In this document: one piece after another, positions 37,201 through 49,877 of the stretch | How the letters are laid out: every line of letters begins with the position of its first letter | How positions within the stretch are numbered: position 1 is the stretch's first letter | DNA from: Lepidodermella squamata | Lineage: Eukaryota > Animalia > Gastrotricha | Assembly: GCA_047495785.1 (NCBI GenBank) | Contig: JBLDXI010000060.1 | Location: 186,001-250,000, forward strand | DNA length: 64,000 bases | Direction of reading: 5' to 3' | Position numbers and translations under genes: made by a program | Notes under the pieces: model-generated | Seen by the model: the letters and a program-made list of their open reading frames with translations, nothing else | What the model was told of the DNA's origin: nothing | Database searches by the model: none

Positions 37201-40200
37201 AAGTAACGCAAGCAAAGAAAATGGGTGAGGTAAAATCTACCCTCACATACCCTCTAGGGTTAAATCTAGAAAAAATTGCTAGAAAGGCCGCAACTGACTG
37301 ATAATCAGTCGCCTTGAAATATAAAACGTCGCCCCGTTGTAATAAGAAAAACGCAAATGTGATGATGATGCCTATTAGCCGCATATCTATTCCTTTATTT
37401 GGTGTCAATATTTAATATGGAAGTGGCTATTTGCACCCTACTCGGGTACAACAAAGTTGCTATGTGTACCCAGCGGGTACAACTAACTTGCTATGTGCAC
37501 CCAGTTGAAGGTACAACAAAGTTGCTCCGTGTACCCGGTGGGTACAATCAAGTTGCTATGTGCACCCGCTATTAATATAGTATCATGTCTAATTCGTGCT
37601 GAGGAAAGTCATCATACTGTTGGTTTGAAGTTAATAGTGTACATAGTTGGGCATGGTAATGCTCAGAAAAATGTATTTGTCAGTTTTTGCGGAAGATGTT
37701 TTGTAAAAATTCGTTTCGCCGTTTTTGAGATACCACGAACCACGATACCACGAACAGTATCTGCAAACAACAGTTGCATGATCACTTATACCGTAAATAC
37801 AGAATTATAAGGCGCTGTATTCTTTCACCCCAGCACCCCTGTACTTCGCACCCTGGGTCAGACCATGCCCTGAAATACTTGGTAACTTGGTATTTACTGT
37901 CAATCTAAGAGTGATTTCGTCAAATTCGAAGGGAGTCGAGTTCGAAAAATCATTTGGAATCATCATCTCTGCGTTAGCCTTCCACCCTGTCCAAGCCTCA
38001 TTGCGTAGAAAAAACATATCCAGGGTCATCATGAAGAAAGATGATTTCGGTCAGGTTTTCAATAACGGAAACCAAGTACTAAGTGTTTCATGTTAACAAC
38101 CGGTGCACAAATCCAAAAGAGGCCGCTATCATAAGATATTTGATCCCTTGGTAACAGTGGTTGAACAAACCCAGAATAGTTCGAGGCTAGTTTCGGCTAT
38201 GCCACCGTGCTCTCGAACATCTTCCGATAGCGGCCTATTGGATTTGAGCTACAGTTGTTCGGAAATCGAAAAGCACTAACCAGTTGTTAGAGTTGTTTTT
38301 TCGATGCACTTCTCATTGGGCTTTGACATGGTTTGGCATATGCGGCGCTGCCAATAACTATTTCTAAAAATGCCTAATCCCTAATTACGATCGTTTCTGA
38401 TAATTTTGGATCGTTTTCGATATTTTTCAAACGATTTCTTGAGTGGGTACGCATAGCAACTTTAATGTACCCTCAAATGGGTGCACACAGCAACTTGGTT
38501 GCACCCGCTGGGTACACATAGAAACTTCATTGTACCCACCGGGTACACATAGCAACTTAGTTGTACCTTTTTTAGGGGGTGCACATAGCCTCGACCATTT
38601 AATATTACATCGGCTGAACCGGTATATGAACCAAAATACCTACCACCTGGGATATGATTACCGCGGACAATTGTTTGGGACAATTTGGCAATCTGAGCAG
38701 TAAAGCAATAGCCACTAATGAGACTAATCACGGTTGTGGAGATATTTCGGACACAAGAGTCCAAAAAATCAGGAAGAGTCCACCTTAAAACTTGGAAATT
38801 TCAAATTTTGCAAATTTCTTAATTATTATCGCGGCAATCTGGTAGCGTCCTTAGGAAATTAAAGCATTGTTCCTAGAGCAGAATTTCTAACAGTGACAGC
38901 CCCAGGTTCGTAGCTCCTACAGCGGTAAAAACTGAGATGAAAAACAAACCAAGTAATTTATGAATAATTTAATTTATCAATTTATCAATTTATTTAATTT
39001 ATCAATTCCGGATAATTTTATACTGCGACCACAATGACGTTTTTTCATTACGAATAGGCAACTCGACGCACCCCATAAAATGGCCAATGCCCCATTTTCA
39101 CAGGGCGCACTCATTTGACAGGGCAAACCCCTGTCGAGTCAAACGTTTTTAATCATGATGAATTTTCACCTGCAATTTGAGGAGAAATTATTATAATTTG
39201 AAGGAAATTGTTTGAAAGGTTCAACAATTATTTGTCCTAATTTACAATAATTTTCAAAAAAATTCGATTATTCAAATTAACCATCGAGTATATTTAGCAA
39301 TTTGGTATTTATTCATTTTTGGAATTTACCAATTGCGAATCGCCAGTATACGAAAATAATAGCACTCAATCACTCAAATAGCACAACTACGGGGCCGCTA
39401 CGGTAGCGCTACGGCGACTGCTATTTCAGCGCTACCACAGTGCTACGTAGCACTTTCGCGTGCTACGGCCAGCTCAAAATATTTTTTAAAACATGATAAC
39501 CGTAATAGGATTTTCACAAATTTTCGCATACTCCGTCCATAAGAGGTGGGCTACCTGAAAACAAGTCGGAAACTGAAAAACACAGCTAGGTTACAGCGCA
39601 AAATGTGGCACATTGCTACGTGATACGTGCATTCAAACATGAGCGCTATCAGGATGAGATATCGAAAAAATCGAAAAAGATGACGAATTTGAAAAAAATC
39701 GCAAATTTAATTATCTTAAAAATCATTCGCACGCCAAACGGTTCAGTCGAATAATTATTGCGAATCTCTCGGCACTTTTGGTACCAAACAATCGGCCTTC
39801 TTTACTTATTCTTTCCATCAAAGCTGCTGAATATCTCTTATTCACATTTCACACGAGAAAGGCGATAAATTAATAAACACCAACCATCACTAGCTAATTT
39901 GATGTTTGAAGGTGCTCTATCGATGACTAACAGAACTTGAGACGTCGAAAAACAGATAACTATAGAAAATTACCACTGACCGATCCAAAATAACCCACCA
40001 TGGCCCACCCTCTTGTGAGGAAGGCCAAAAGGTCCATCAAGGTCTAACTCATTCCGATAAGGTGCAGCATTTTTATCTCTTGTTTCCTCTCTCCCCATTC
40101 AGCCTATTTTTCCCTATTGTGAGGGTATGAAACACAAATTAATATTTTTGCGCCAGAAGATCTTAAAATTGCAATCTTCCCATTATTCGATGCAGAATTT

Positions 40201-40930
40201 TCAGCTCTTGTAATTAACTTGCTAGGGTAATTAACTTGCGTGCCGTCGTCGTTAACTGGGTCATGACCCAGAAGATGAGAAGTAACAAGACAGGGTTATA
40301 TTTTGAGACCCGGCTGGTCGTTGTAGCCGTGCTATTTCATGTGCCATTTATCGCGCGGTGAAACTTGGTATGGCCATGTTTTAGGTGTGCGGCATCCAAA
40401 TTGGAATTTTCGACCTGTATGCAATATTTTCGCGCAAAATTAATTGCATACCTCCACTGCAGAAAAATGCGATGTATCGCCCATGGCCATAGCTCTCATA
40501 GTTTATTGCCTGAAGGAGGTGCGGTTGATTTCGAGTTTACCGTGAATTGATTACCGCCTCCCGTATTATGAGCGCAAATTATTCTCCGCTCGCAATGTGC
40601 AGAAAATTACCAGGAATCGAATGAGTTTTTTCCCAGCGATTTTGCTGGCGCAATTAATATCGAGAAAAGTCTGCCTTAAAACTAAAAATTTCAACATTTC
40701 GCATTTTTCGTGATTTTTATAGTGGCAGTCTAGAAGCTTCCTGGTATCGTTTTCAGTGCAGAATTTCACCGGCTGGCTACGGGTGAAAATCGCGAGTTCG
40801 TAGCTCCTAACTTTTCTGCTAATATGCTACGCGATGAAAACTGAAATGAAAAACATATTTTTATTGAGGGTAATTAAGGTGCGCGCCGTCGCCGTTAACT
40901 GGGTCACGACCCAGAAGATGAGAACTAACG
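34240..40930. mobile_element. ~6.7-kb gene-free, internally repetitive non-autonomous element or complex (Helitron/Helentron-like?)
   Basis: GC-rich hairpins at 34255-34326. Alternating sub-repeats agaattt..gacgaatcgaacgagc.taagc (35261, 35618, 35800, 36533, 40601) and agaattt.acgggct.tc.aacggt.aaaac (35435, 36001, 36738, 38880, 40760). Confidence 0.6.
37407..38607. mobile_element. Nested foldback-type element whose TIRs are built of ~30-bp tandem repeats
   Basis: (gggtacaacaaagttgctatgtgtaccc)n at 37446-37567 is inverted at 38445-38590. The terminal motif ggaagtggctatttgcaccc also occurs inverted at 12281-12300. Confidence 0.75.
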
Positions 40931-41319
40931 CAATAATTTATAACCATATCGACATTGCAGACAGTCTCGCTCGGAAATTTATTCAGCCAGCTTGGGGTGG
41001 GGCGATAGAATGTTCCCCTTGAAGATGACCCACAAGGGGAACTGCAAGGGGTGGTTGACTTTCAACCCTCGTGGAACATTTCTATTAGGCCCAGCGCTAA
41101 GCTGCCAGATACTAAATAAATTCAAGCAAGATTTCCTTGCATCCGTTTTTCTGGATCAGAGAACGTGTTTCGTTACTGAATTTGATAAAAGAGCTGCTCA
41201 CGAACAAAAAACTTAGTTATGCTACGACGAGCAACAATTGACTTGCAAAACTAATCATTTGATAGCAACAAAAATAATCATTCAAGGGTTTGATAGAGAT
41301 ATCAAAGATATCAAACTTG

Positions 41320-43801
41320 CTAGCTTGCATTTGCTACCTGTATCGTCTCTTGGTTCATCTTCAGCATATAGAAAAGCCATATTGAAACTGAGATCGCTGA
41401 CATGAAAAGTGAGAGAACAGCCACAGCGATTTGTTGGCTGAGCGGGTTTTCGTTCAAAACAGCAAGAATGAATATCCCAGCCATCAAAACAGTCGTGTTG
41501 TTAACCACCAACAGCGATAAATGCTTGAAAGGCCGTGCGGCTTTGACCGTTCGCAGTTTGAACGCTGTGAAAATCCCAAGAACTGAAACGATAAGAAACC
41601 CAGCAATCAGCGCATAGATCCATCCGCTGTGATTCAACTCGGAAATGCACCTCAGCATGTAAAGCTCTTCCACCAAGTCGAGATCTTCGTTGTAAATCGG
41701 GTTGAATATTTTATCCTCGCGGCATTTTAAACCCCCGGCGATTAGGAACCACAGCGTTAGAATGTAGCCATTAGCGCACAAATAGGAAATGCAGAGCTTG
41801 AAAGCGGACTCAGAAACACCGGAGAATGTTACTGTAATTGCTTTTTCCTTCGGTGGTTCGATAAGGGGAGGGTTAGCAGGGAGATCATTCTGAACATCCT
41901 CAATCTTTGGAACTTTGGCGGAGTTCGACGCTTGAGAACTTCCGTTATCAACCGCCATCGTGCCTTTAGATCCTTGCGTTTTACTGGACGAGAGTCCTTT
42001 CTTTTTCTTGGAAATACGATAGAAGATCATGTAAAGAATCCAGGTTGGGGTTCCGCAGAGTAGGCTGGCTCCGCAAACTAAGCAGCTGATTCTCGCGATT
42101 TCAATCGCGAAAATATTTGAATTATCTGCATCGTATACGAAAAGAATCGAGCTAGCACTGAGAACTAAGCAACCTGATAACCCGAAACACGTCAGCATCG
42201 GCATTCGATCTTTCAACGCTGCTGAATTTCTCTTCGAAATAAGAATGCATATGCCGAAAAAGCAGGGTAGAGAAATGAGACATGCGATAGCGGTGATAGC
42301 AGTAAAAGCGGAAGTTGGACTTCGCAGCTTTGTTCGCAAGTATTGACGCCTATCTCGGGGTGGCAATCCATCGGGGCCGTTCCAGTTTACAAGGCCTAGG
42401 TTTTGAATCCGGTAGCTATCGTACGAGAGGATGGGTGCATTTTCAATGTGATTAAAGGCGTAAGCCCTTCGAAACCCTACACCAGGTGTCCAGTACACCA
42501 GAAAATTACTCGAGCTCATCAAGTCACCCTCCGAGTCGTACTTCATCCGAGCGGAGTGGAGACCTTTGTAACCCACTGTAATTGATTCTTTCAGTACAGC
42601 CTGGCCAACAGTATGACGATTCCAGGCGAAATCACGTAGAGTGAGGTTGCTCTCAGCTTTCAGCCTTTTCTCAGCCCTATCCAAAATCAAAGCAGCTTGC
42701 ACTACGACATCGTGGCAGAGATACCGCCGTTCGTAATCAATAGCATTTAGCGTACCATTCTTGAATTTGCCAAAGGCCACATCATATTCTGGCTGGTTAA
42801 GGCCGAGCTCGCCCTTTTGCTGGGGTACTAGATTATCGTCAAACCCGACCGAGAATTCCAGGGTTCGGCTAACCTGTTCGAAAAGAATTGATCGACTACA
42901 GTAGCTAGGGATCGACGAGTTGGCGTATGTCGACGGGTTCGGCATTGATGCCTCAGAAATTATGAAAGTGTAACGTGGGCCTCGAATCCCGGCTCGGTAG
43001 CACTCACAGTAAAGCGTGACCGTATCGATATTGTTCGTGATGTAAGCGACGATGTAGCGAACATCGTTGTCTTTCAGCAGCTGAGCCTTCTCTGCATTGA
43101 AGCTTTCAATGGCATCGAACCACGACACATCAATGCCCTGATCGATTGCTGTCTGGTGCAGATGCATAGCCGAAATCATGTCATTCGAATTTTGCGTGAA
43201 TGCGAACAGCGCAAAACGGCGGGCGTTGAATGTTTCCTTAATGAGTCGGACGATGCCGTAGTTTCTCGGGCGATTCGTTGCCATGGATAGGAACATATTC
43301 GAGTAAATTTTGCGGTCATTCAACACAGCTAGTGGAAAACGTAAATTTGATACTTACTTTTTAATGTAGCTGTGATAACTTACGAGAAGTGCAAGCTGTT
43401 GCTATATTGACGTAGTCCAAATGTTTGAGGAACTTTCCGATGGCTGCGCAACCGTTTGATACCCACAGCCCAACAGCAACAGGAGATTGATATTTCCCGA
43501 AATTGGCTGATGTTTCAGCGTTGCTCTCCCAGAAATCTGTAAAGTTCAAGAATGCTCGAACAGCGTTCAGTGCATTCAACCGCTCGTCAACTTCATCGAC
43601 CTGAATGTTGTAATCAGGCAGGATGTCTGATCGTTCGTTTATTAAAGATGCCGTGAACTGAGCACTGGCACGGCAATCTTGCAGGATGAAAGGTTCGCTG
43701 CCGGTTATACGCGAGGTGTGGTGAATAACAATCGAAAAAGGCTTGGCTGAAACTTCAAAGCTGAGAGCCAACAAAACGTAGATTTGACTGCTCAGCAGCA
43801 T
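41320..43801 (-). CDS. Class C GPCR, GABA-B-like, paralog of 25730-28196, 2 exons
   Basis: Same intron position (43329-43383); shared HHT.RITG.EPFILQDCRASAQFTASL and NAIDYERRYLCHD; 7TM region. Confidence 0.85.
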
Positions 43802-44686
43802 TTTCAGAGGTGCAAGTCCTGAATTTCGTTGAGAAAACAGCTATCTGATCCTTTCCTCCTCCTCTCCTAGAGCGATTTATTTCATCTAGTGAATAGATGT
43901 CGGGTCGACGTGTCTTAGTGCTGCGTGGCGAGTCCATTTCAGCTAATCAACGCGCCGACTTCAAGGACAAAAGGACCAAACACGATATAAACTAATCGAG
44001 AGCATCCCATATCAACAAACCAGGTGGACATAATTATTAAGATTGAGCAACTCTGCAAACATACTTGGAACATTATCGGCTAATTACTAATCTTAATCTC
44101 GGCAGATCGCATTTTGATCATGCGATGATTGATTTGAAACGATCATCCACGCCAGGAGGGTCTGTCATTAATTTTACAAAGGTTCCTATGTGACATCGAT
44201 GAAGTCTGATACTGAAACCAGACAACAAATTGCGTTATACTTCTCATTATTAGCGCAGTCAAACGAAATGAATTGATAAAACTTGAAAGGGGGCTTCCGT
44301 TAACACAAAAGACCACGTTCTTCACGAAAGATGTAAGCTTTATTTATCCTACTTTCTTCAGTAAAAGCATAAAAATCAAATGTGACAGCGCTCGGCTTGG
44401 ATAGTGCTGAGGTAATAGAACATTAACAGGTCAGAAGTCGGGTCAAATTCAGCTTGCTGATCTGTATATTTTCAACTCTCCAACCGTTTTATTCCTGATT
44501 TCGAGTTTTGAGGTTGCGTGAACAACATGATGGTCTCTCATCTTTGGCATGAGATAGATTACAGCTATGGATGATACCACAGCCATGAGTGAATCCTGGG
44601 TTAAGAGATAAGATAAGGCCTCGCAGCATTGGTTAATTCTTTTCAGCCAAGTATCAACACCAGATTAAAAGCTAATTACCACTCAA

Positions 44687-45093
44687 ATGGCCAGATCAAT
44701 TTTTCTATTACTCGTTTTGATCGTCGGCTTTGCAAATGCTGAAAGTAAGTATAGCGAGTCTAATTGAATTAGGTCTCCTGATTTCCTGTTAAACGTATAG
44801 AAAACTTGACATGCTGGCAGGGTACAATGGCCAACTTCACCCAGGTCTCCAGCTGCCAAATATGCGGAAAGGCATCGGCTGACTACAATGGAATTGAAGC
44901 TGTGGGCAAGCAGTGCGTTCGCAAGAACCTTCCGCCTGGAATGGAAATGGGATGTACGGACATCGATTGGGAGGGAATTCCATCTGTAGTGTGCTTCTGC
45001 GACGATCACGATCTCTGTAATGCAGCTTCGTTCAACATTTTGCAAGCTTTTTTACCGCTAACAATGTTTGCCTCTATATTTCTTGCTGTGTAA
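44687..45093 (+). CDS. Ly6/three-finger GPI-anchored protein, 2 exons
   Basis: Signal MARSIFLLLVLIVGFANA, intron 44745-44800, LTCWQG...VCFCDDHDLCN, hydrophobic tail. Confidence 0.85.
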
Positions 45094-45239
45094 GTATTTC
45101 TCGGAAATTATACTAGAAAAATGAGAATAACAGAGTTTTTCATCGAGTTGAAGTAAAGTATGAATTGGAACTGGAAAAATCGATATTATGATTATTTTAA
45201 TGCCTAAATACATGCATCATACAAGTACTTAGGTATTTG

Positions 45240-45643
45240 TCAATTCTTTCCGGATAAAATGTCCTTGGCCATCATTTGCGCCCAAATGTAGAAAGAAACG
45301 CTGTTGTCGCAAACTGCACGCGATCCGAGTTTTTCAATGCATCGCTGCATCCGGTGACGCTTCCTCTCGGCCTGCATTTGGTTGAGCAGCTCAGCCAGCC
45401 CTTCCATGTCATTCCGCTCCAGTAGTTCGTTCACGCGTTCATCTGTAATTAGAAACATGCAAATCAAGACAGAAGTGAGTTGAATGGCATACGTAAAACT
45501 CTGAGCTTTTCGTTACGATTCTCGTCAACGCCAAAATCCTCAGAAATCACGTACTCAGGCTCCATTGGATTAGCATGGCTGCTTATAGAGCAAAGCACAA
45601 GAATCAAGAGGCAGATAGATATCATAAAGAATATTCGCTGCAT
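45240..45643 (-). CDS. Putative neuropeptide/peptide-hormone precursor, 2 exons
   Basis: Signal peptide, acidic pro-region, RKR site, peptide with two Cys, terminal S-G-K amidation signal; 50-bp intron 45443-45492. Confidence 0.65.
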
Positions 45644-46368
45644 TTCGAGAATTGATGAACTGGGGCAACGATCATAGGTCAAAAAATTACATTCACTACA
45701 CTGATTATGTATTTAGCATGGGATTTTCGGTCTCTTGCGTAGGCAGTACCACTAGCATCATACCGGTGAGTAATATTAGTATCTTCAGGGACCGAATAGT
45801 GGTCTACTACAACTTGATGATTGGCCATCAGCATAATTAGCGGAGTAGATGGGCTCGGCCGCACGCATCATGAGCTGAAATCTCGTGTACGAAATATTGA
45901 TTTTTGGACGCACCTGTCCCTCACTTATTATTACAAAAATCACAGGGATTTACTGTTTTACAGCAGCTTCAGCTGTCCTAAAAAATATTAACCTTAAAGA
46001 CCGCTGAAATCAGCCATTAACATGTCGACGAAAATTAATTGGAAATTTCAAAAATTTACAAATGAAATAAGTAGTTTTAAATTTGAGTAGACCTAGGAAT
46101 TTTTTAAATAAAAATTCTACTAAGCGTACTAAGCGTTTATTGAGCAGCATGAAATAATTGAGTGATAATACGCCTAAATGAAAAAAATATTTTTCTTATT
46201 TGGTTCGCGCAGTGCATGGAATTTTACTACTCGTGCAACCAGATGACCAAAGTGTAAACACAATGACTTCAAAAATAATGCTCATGCATCCGGTCTTTTT
46301 ACGGCTAATGGTCAGTGCTGTCCAGAAGGCTAGCCGTCTATACTAATTTCACAGCACTAATTAGAAAT

Positions 46369-47484
46369 ATGAAAGCAATCGTTGTAATCTTCATGGCTTT
46401 GAACTTCTTCTGCAATAATCATGCCTTTCGGTTAAAGATCAAATTTTCTGTTGTTAACAGCAAATCAGCAAACTGGACCAACCATAAATTATGTTCAGAT
46501 CACGAAACAATCAAAAAAGACATGTTATTCACGCCAGCTCCGAGCGCGAAAGCACCTTGGGGTATGGAAGGCGTGATCATTCGACATTCACCGGACATCA
46601 CCAAGCGATTCAACGAGATTCTCCACTGGAACATCAACTGCCTGAGCCCTGCAGCTAATTTCGGGCAGCTGTTCGGACATTTTATCAAAGAAGGCTGCTG
46701 GGCTGTCTTTTATGGGCCTGTAGTTCGTGATGTAGTAATCGGCTCAAAACCGCTGGAGATCGAGTTGAAGTTTTCCTGCTCACTCGTTAAGGCTATCTCA
46801 ATTTTCCAATCGCACTACGTCAGCACGTGTTCGAACTCAACTTTCGGCCACATCTACGGCCATCCTATAGCTGATTTCAACACCTGGGATGATTTCGCGT
46901 CTGGCGGAGAGCATTCATCTGATTTCACAGTAGATACTATGGCTTACGACTGGGCGCAAACGGTGGTCATCGATCAGCATGGTGGCCTATCAGATACTTG
47001 CCGATCCTTACTTCGAATGCCGAATCAAACGGAGAAGAATACAAAGGGACATAATTACGGACAAATCCTGCGATATTTCAAGCTGAAAAGCAGAGGTTTC
47101 ACGGCTGCTGACTTAAGTGTCAAAAAAGTGATGATGGATAACATTCAAGATGTAGCTATGGATAACGCTGCGAGAAATGGACTTCTAAGTGACTACTGTT
47201 CTCTAGCGCTGGAAGGAACCTATGACAACTCGACAAAGGTGTGTTATTCCTCGCTGGACTGTTTCGCCCCGAATCCTGTTGACCAGGCGATGAAAAGTGA
47301 GCTGGGCGAAGTTTACTGGCTAAATGCTATGGAGCCACTGCTGAAGCGACACATGCCGTGTATCTACGCAGGTTTGGAGCGTAGTTCGGCCAAAATTGAG
47401 CTAACGTCGAACAGCGCGTCATTAAACTCTGCCTATGTTGCCAATCTTTTGGCTTTCCTTAACCTTCTGCTGAACTTGCTTTGA
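46369..47484 (+). CDS. Single-exon secreted/GPI-type protein with degenerate class II nucleotidyltransferase (CCA-enzyme/PAP-like) motifs
   Basis: Signal peptide; GCWAVFYGPVVRDVVIG..P.EIE, SSDFTVDTMAYD, VIDQHGGLSD, ILRYFK; hydrophobic C-terminus. Confidence 0.65.
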   Translation: MKAIVVIFMALNFFCNNHAFRLKIKFSVVNSKSANWTNHKLCSDHETIKKDMLFTPAPSAKAPWGMEGVIIRHSPDITKRFNEILHWNINCLSPAANFGQLFGHFIKEGCWAVFYGPVVRDVVIGSKPLEIELKFSCSLVKAISIFQSHYVSTCSNSTFGHIYGHPIADFNTWDDFASGGEHSSDFTVDTMAYDWAQTVVIDQHGGLSDTCRSLLRMPNQTEKNTKGHNYGQILRYFKLKSRGFTAADLSVKKVMMDNIQDVAMDNAARNGLLSDYCSLALEGTYDNSTKVCYSSLDCFAPNPVDQAMKSELGEVYWLNAMEPLLKRHMPCIYAGLERSSAKIELTSNSASLNSAYVANLLAFLNLLLNLL

Positions 47485-47661
47485 AACAAAGGGTTTAATT
47501 GGTTTATTTCTAGTCAATGCTGTGGAGCATGATTACAATAATGTAGTTGTAAGGTTGGGTAATAAACAAGGGAATCGATGTCTAAAGAGTCGCTTTACAT
47601 ATAGATAAATGCTTGCTAGTTGTGATGATGAATCCTAGTCATTCCCTCGAACCAGATGAGC

Positions 47662-48083
47662 TCAGTTGATGAAGATAGCTGCCATAGATAGGAGAAGAGC
47701 AGCGATTATGCAGTGCGAACCGCCAATTTTCACACCCGAGTTGCACAGCTCCTTGTTGCAAGAGCAAATTGAACCCTCGGCGCTTGAGATTGTCGCCGAT
47801 TGGCAGGTGTTCGGCGTCAAACTGTCAATGGGATCGCATGACTTCGTTATTGAAGTAACGCCGAGTGCTGAGCTCTTCGTTTTGCCGCAAGCTTTGCAGT
47901 CGCTGCTCGTCGACTGCGTGAAGCTTCCGCTTTCGCTCGACGCCGTGCCAATCCAGCATTTGATGCCAGCTGTTTGTTTTCAACTTTGGGTTATCTTTGT
48001 AATGACATTTTTATCGCAAAATTCTTACCAGCGCATGCAATAATCGCTGCGAGAGCGACAGCCTGGAAGATGAACCGAGCCAT
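47662..48083 (-). CDS. Ly6/three-finger GPI-anchored protein, 2 exons (absent from the ORF track)
   Basis: MARFIFQAVALAAIIACA|AGIKCWIG...CKAC...KSC...TC...ICSCNKELCN plus hydrophobic tail; intron 47970-48028. Confidence 0.85.
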
Positions 48084-48899
48084 GGCTTAGCGAAATAGAA
48101 ATGAAAAATGCAGGTCTGCTGGTCTAATGAGCTGCGAATGTGCTGGTTGAGCTAGAGGTGACTTTCGCCCACTCCTTAGATACGCAGCTGTCGAATCACT
48201 TATGACTTCATTTGAAAGCATGGATGCGTTAATTGCATTTCGATCCAGGGACCTGCCATGGCAACCTGCCATGGCTCCTCGAAATTACTCTCATGATTTG
48301 AGATTCTGGGAAAACATCTGACTACACGATTGCATGAATGACTCATTCATGCTTAAGTTTGGACTGGAACATGGATACAGCCAATAAGGAGTGATGAATT
48401 TCAGAAGTAAATCATCCAATTGCTCGGAAAAAATGGTTCTTCATACAGTAGTAAGCCATAACGTCTCAGTTTTCCAGTAATCTTTATTAAATTAAAGGTC
48501 TCCTAAGGCTGTTAGTCGCCGAAGATGGAAGTTCACTACCTTTCATTTTCTATATAAAATTCAGAAAATGCGTGGTACCTTACAGCGCGAGTCATGTGCA
48601 AATTTCGAAGGTTTATGCTTTCAAATGCTCGGGCTTCATTCAATATCGATTATTAGGTACCAGGTACCAGGTCCCATCCGATCAGCGGCGCTAAGATCTT
48701 GGTGATTTGAAAGTAGTACATCAGCATACCACTGCTATTTATATAAGCTTACGAATATCCCTCTATTTTAAAAGGTGTTGGTGTCAAGTTCTAGGATAAA
48801 TCGATCTTTGCATTGTTATTTATTGAGGCACGAATCAGCTAGAAAAATAATTAGCTTCAACCCGACTAAACAATATGCGGAATAAATGCATAATCACTG

Positions 48900-49877
48900 A
48901 ATTAAAAGTCTTGTTGATTTCCTATTGTCTCGCTTGTTGTAGACAAGGAAAACGCCTCCATAACCTCAGCCTCTAACAAGAACAGTCATAGTAAAAAACA
49001 ACCTGAAAAACAAAGGTTCATAATTGGCCGCGAGATATATACATTACGATTTTACATCATGAGAAGGATTGATCCACCATTTAGACCATCACCGCCGTTA
49101 CCGCCGCCACCGCCACCACCACCACCTGATTGCGGGCAGAATGCAGCTCCGGTCAGATGCATGAACTACCATCAATATTACAAAGAATCACAACTGAGCT
49201 CTCGAATTTCTGGCTTACGTATAAAAAATATCCATCCTCCTTCCTTGTGCCTTGATTGCCCTGGGACGTGAATTGTACTGATTCCTGATTAGGATCACAT
49301 TTCATGAAGGCCACTGTTCTCCTAGAATTTTCTTGAGCTTTAGCTGATCTTTGAAAACCTCCTTAGACTCACCTCATGTTAGCAGGATCGCTGTCTGGTT
49401 GAGTATCGAAAACCAATGCGATAGTTGGCGTTGGGTCGTCTGGGCCAGTTCTTATTTCAAACCTGGTGGTTGCCGGCTCGCCAAGGTTGTAATTGTTAGC
49501 ACTTGCATACTCACAAGCTGCAGCTTTCCCGTCACATGCGTTCAGCTCTGGTTTCCTTATAACTCCACAAAATGCTAAATAATATCCGTAAATTGGTCCA
49601 GTTGTGTGAAGGCTACAAAGAGAATATTTCTGAATGTTGGAACCTGTATCAGATGTTAAAATTAGGCTTACGGCTGCGTCGCAGTCTGGGTCACTAATTC
49701 AGTCAAATTGACGGTTCCGCTTCCATCAGCTAGGTCACAGATACAGGTACCTTGTTCATAGCTGGGTTTGCATGCGTTCGGGTCAGCCTCAATAAGGCTG
49801 AGCTGGAGGAGTAAGTAAAAAAGAGCTGGAAAAGCTGTCTTCGCTATGAAGCTTTTCCTTTTCGTCTCGATCGTCAT
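48900..49877 (-). CDS. Cation-dependent mannose-6-phosphate receptor/ATG27-like (MRH domain) multi-exon gene; last exon possibly disrupted
   Basis: Signal peptide, C.C.LADGSGTVNL, Y.YYLAFCG..C...AAC....YNLG, R..FMKCDP, FCP, Gly linker, GL.GGSILL at the TM start; I could not close the final exon in frame. Confidence 0.6.

Noticed and set aside
37446-38590. ~30-bp repeats as a CRISPR array
   Set aside because: No unique spacers, the repeats form two inverted blocks, the context is eukaryotic and there are no cas genes.
39372-40343. Possible element with CAC...aaatagcac inverted termini
   Set aside because: The inverted match is short and imperfect and no TSD is identifiable.
47666-48043. 125-aa plus-strand ORF
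   Set aside because: Antisense shadow of the minus-strand Ly6 gene.
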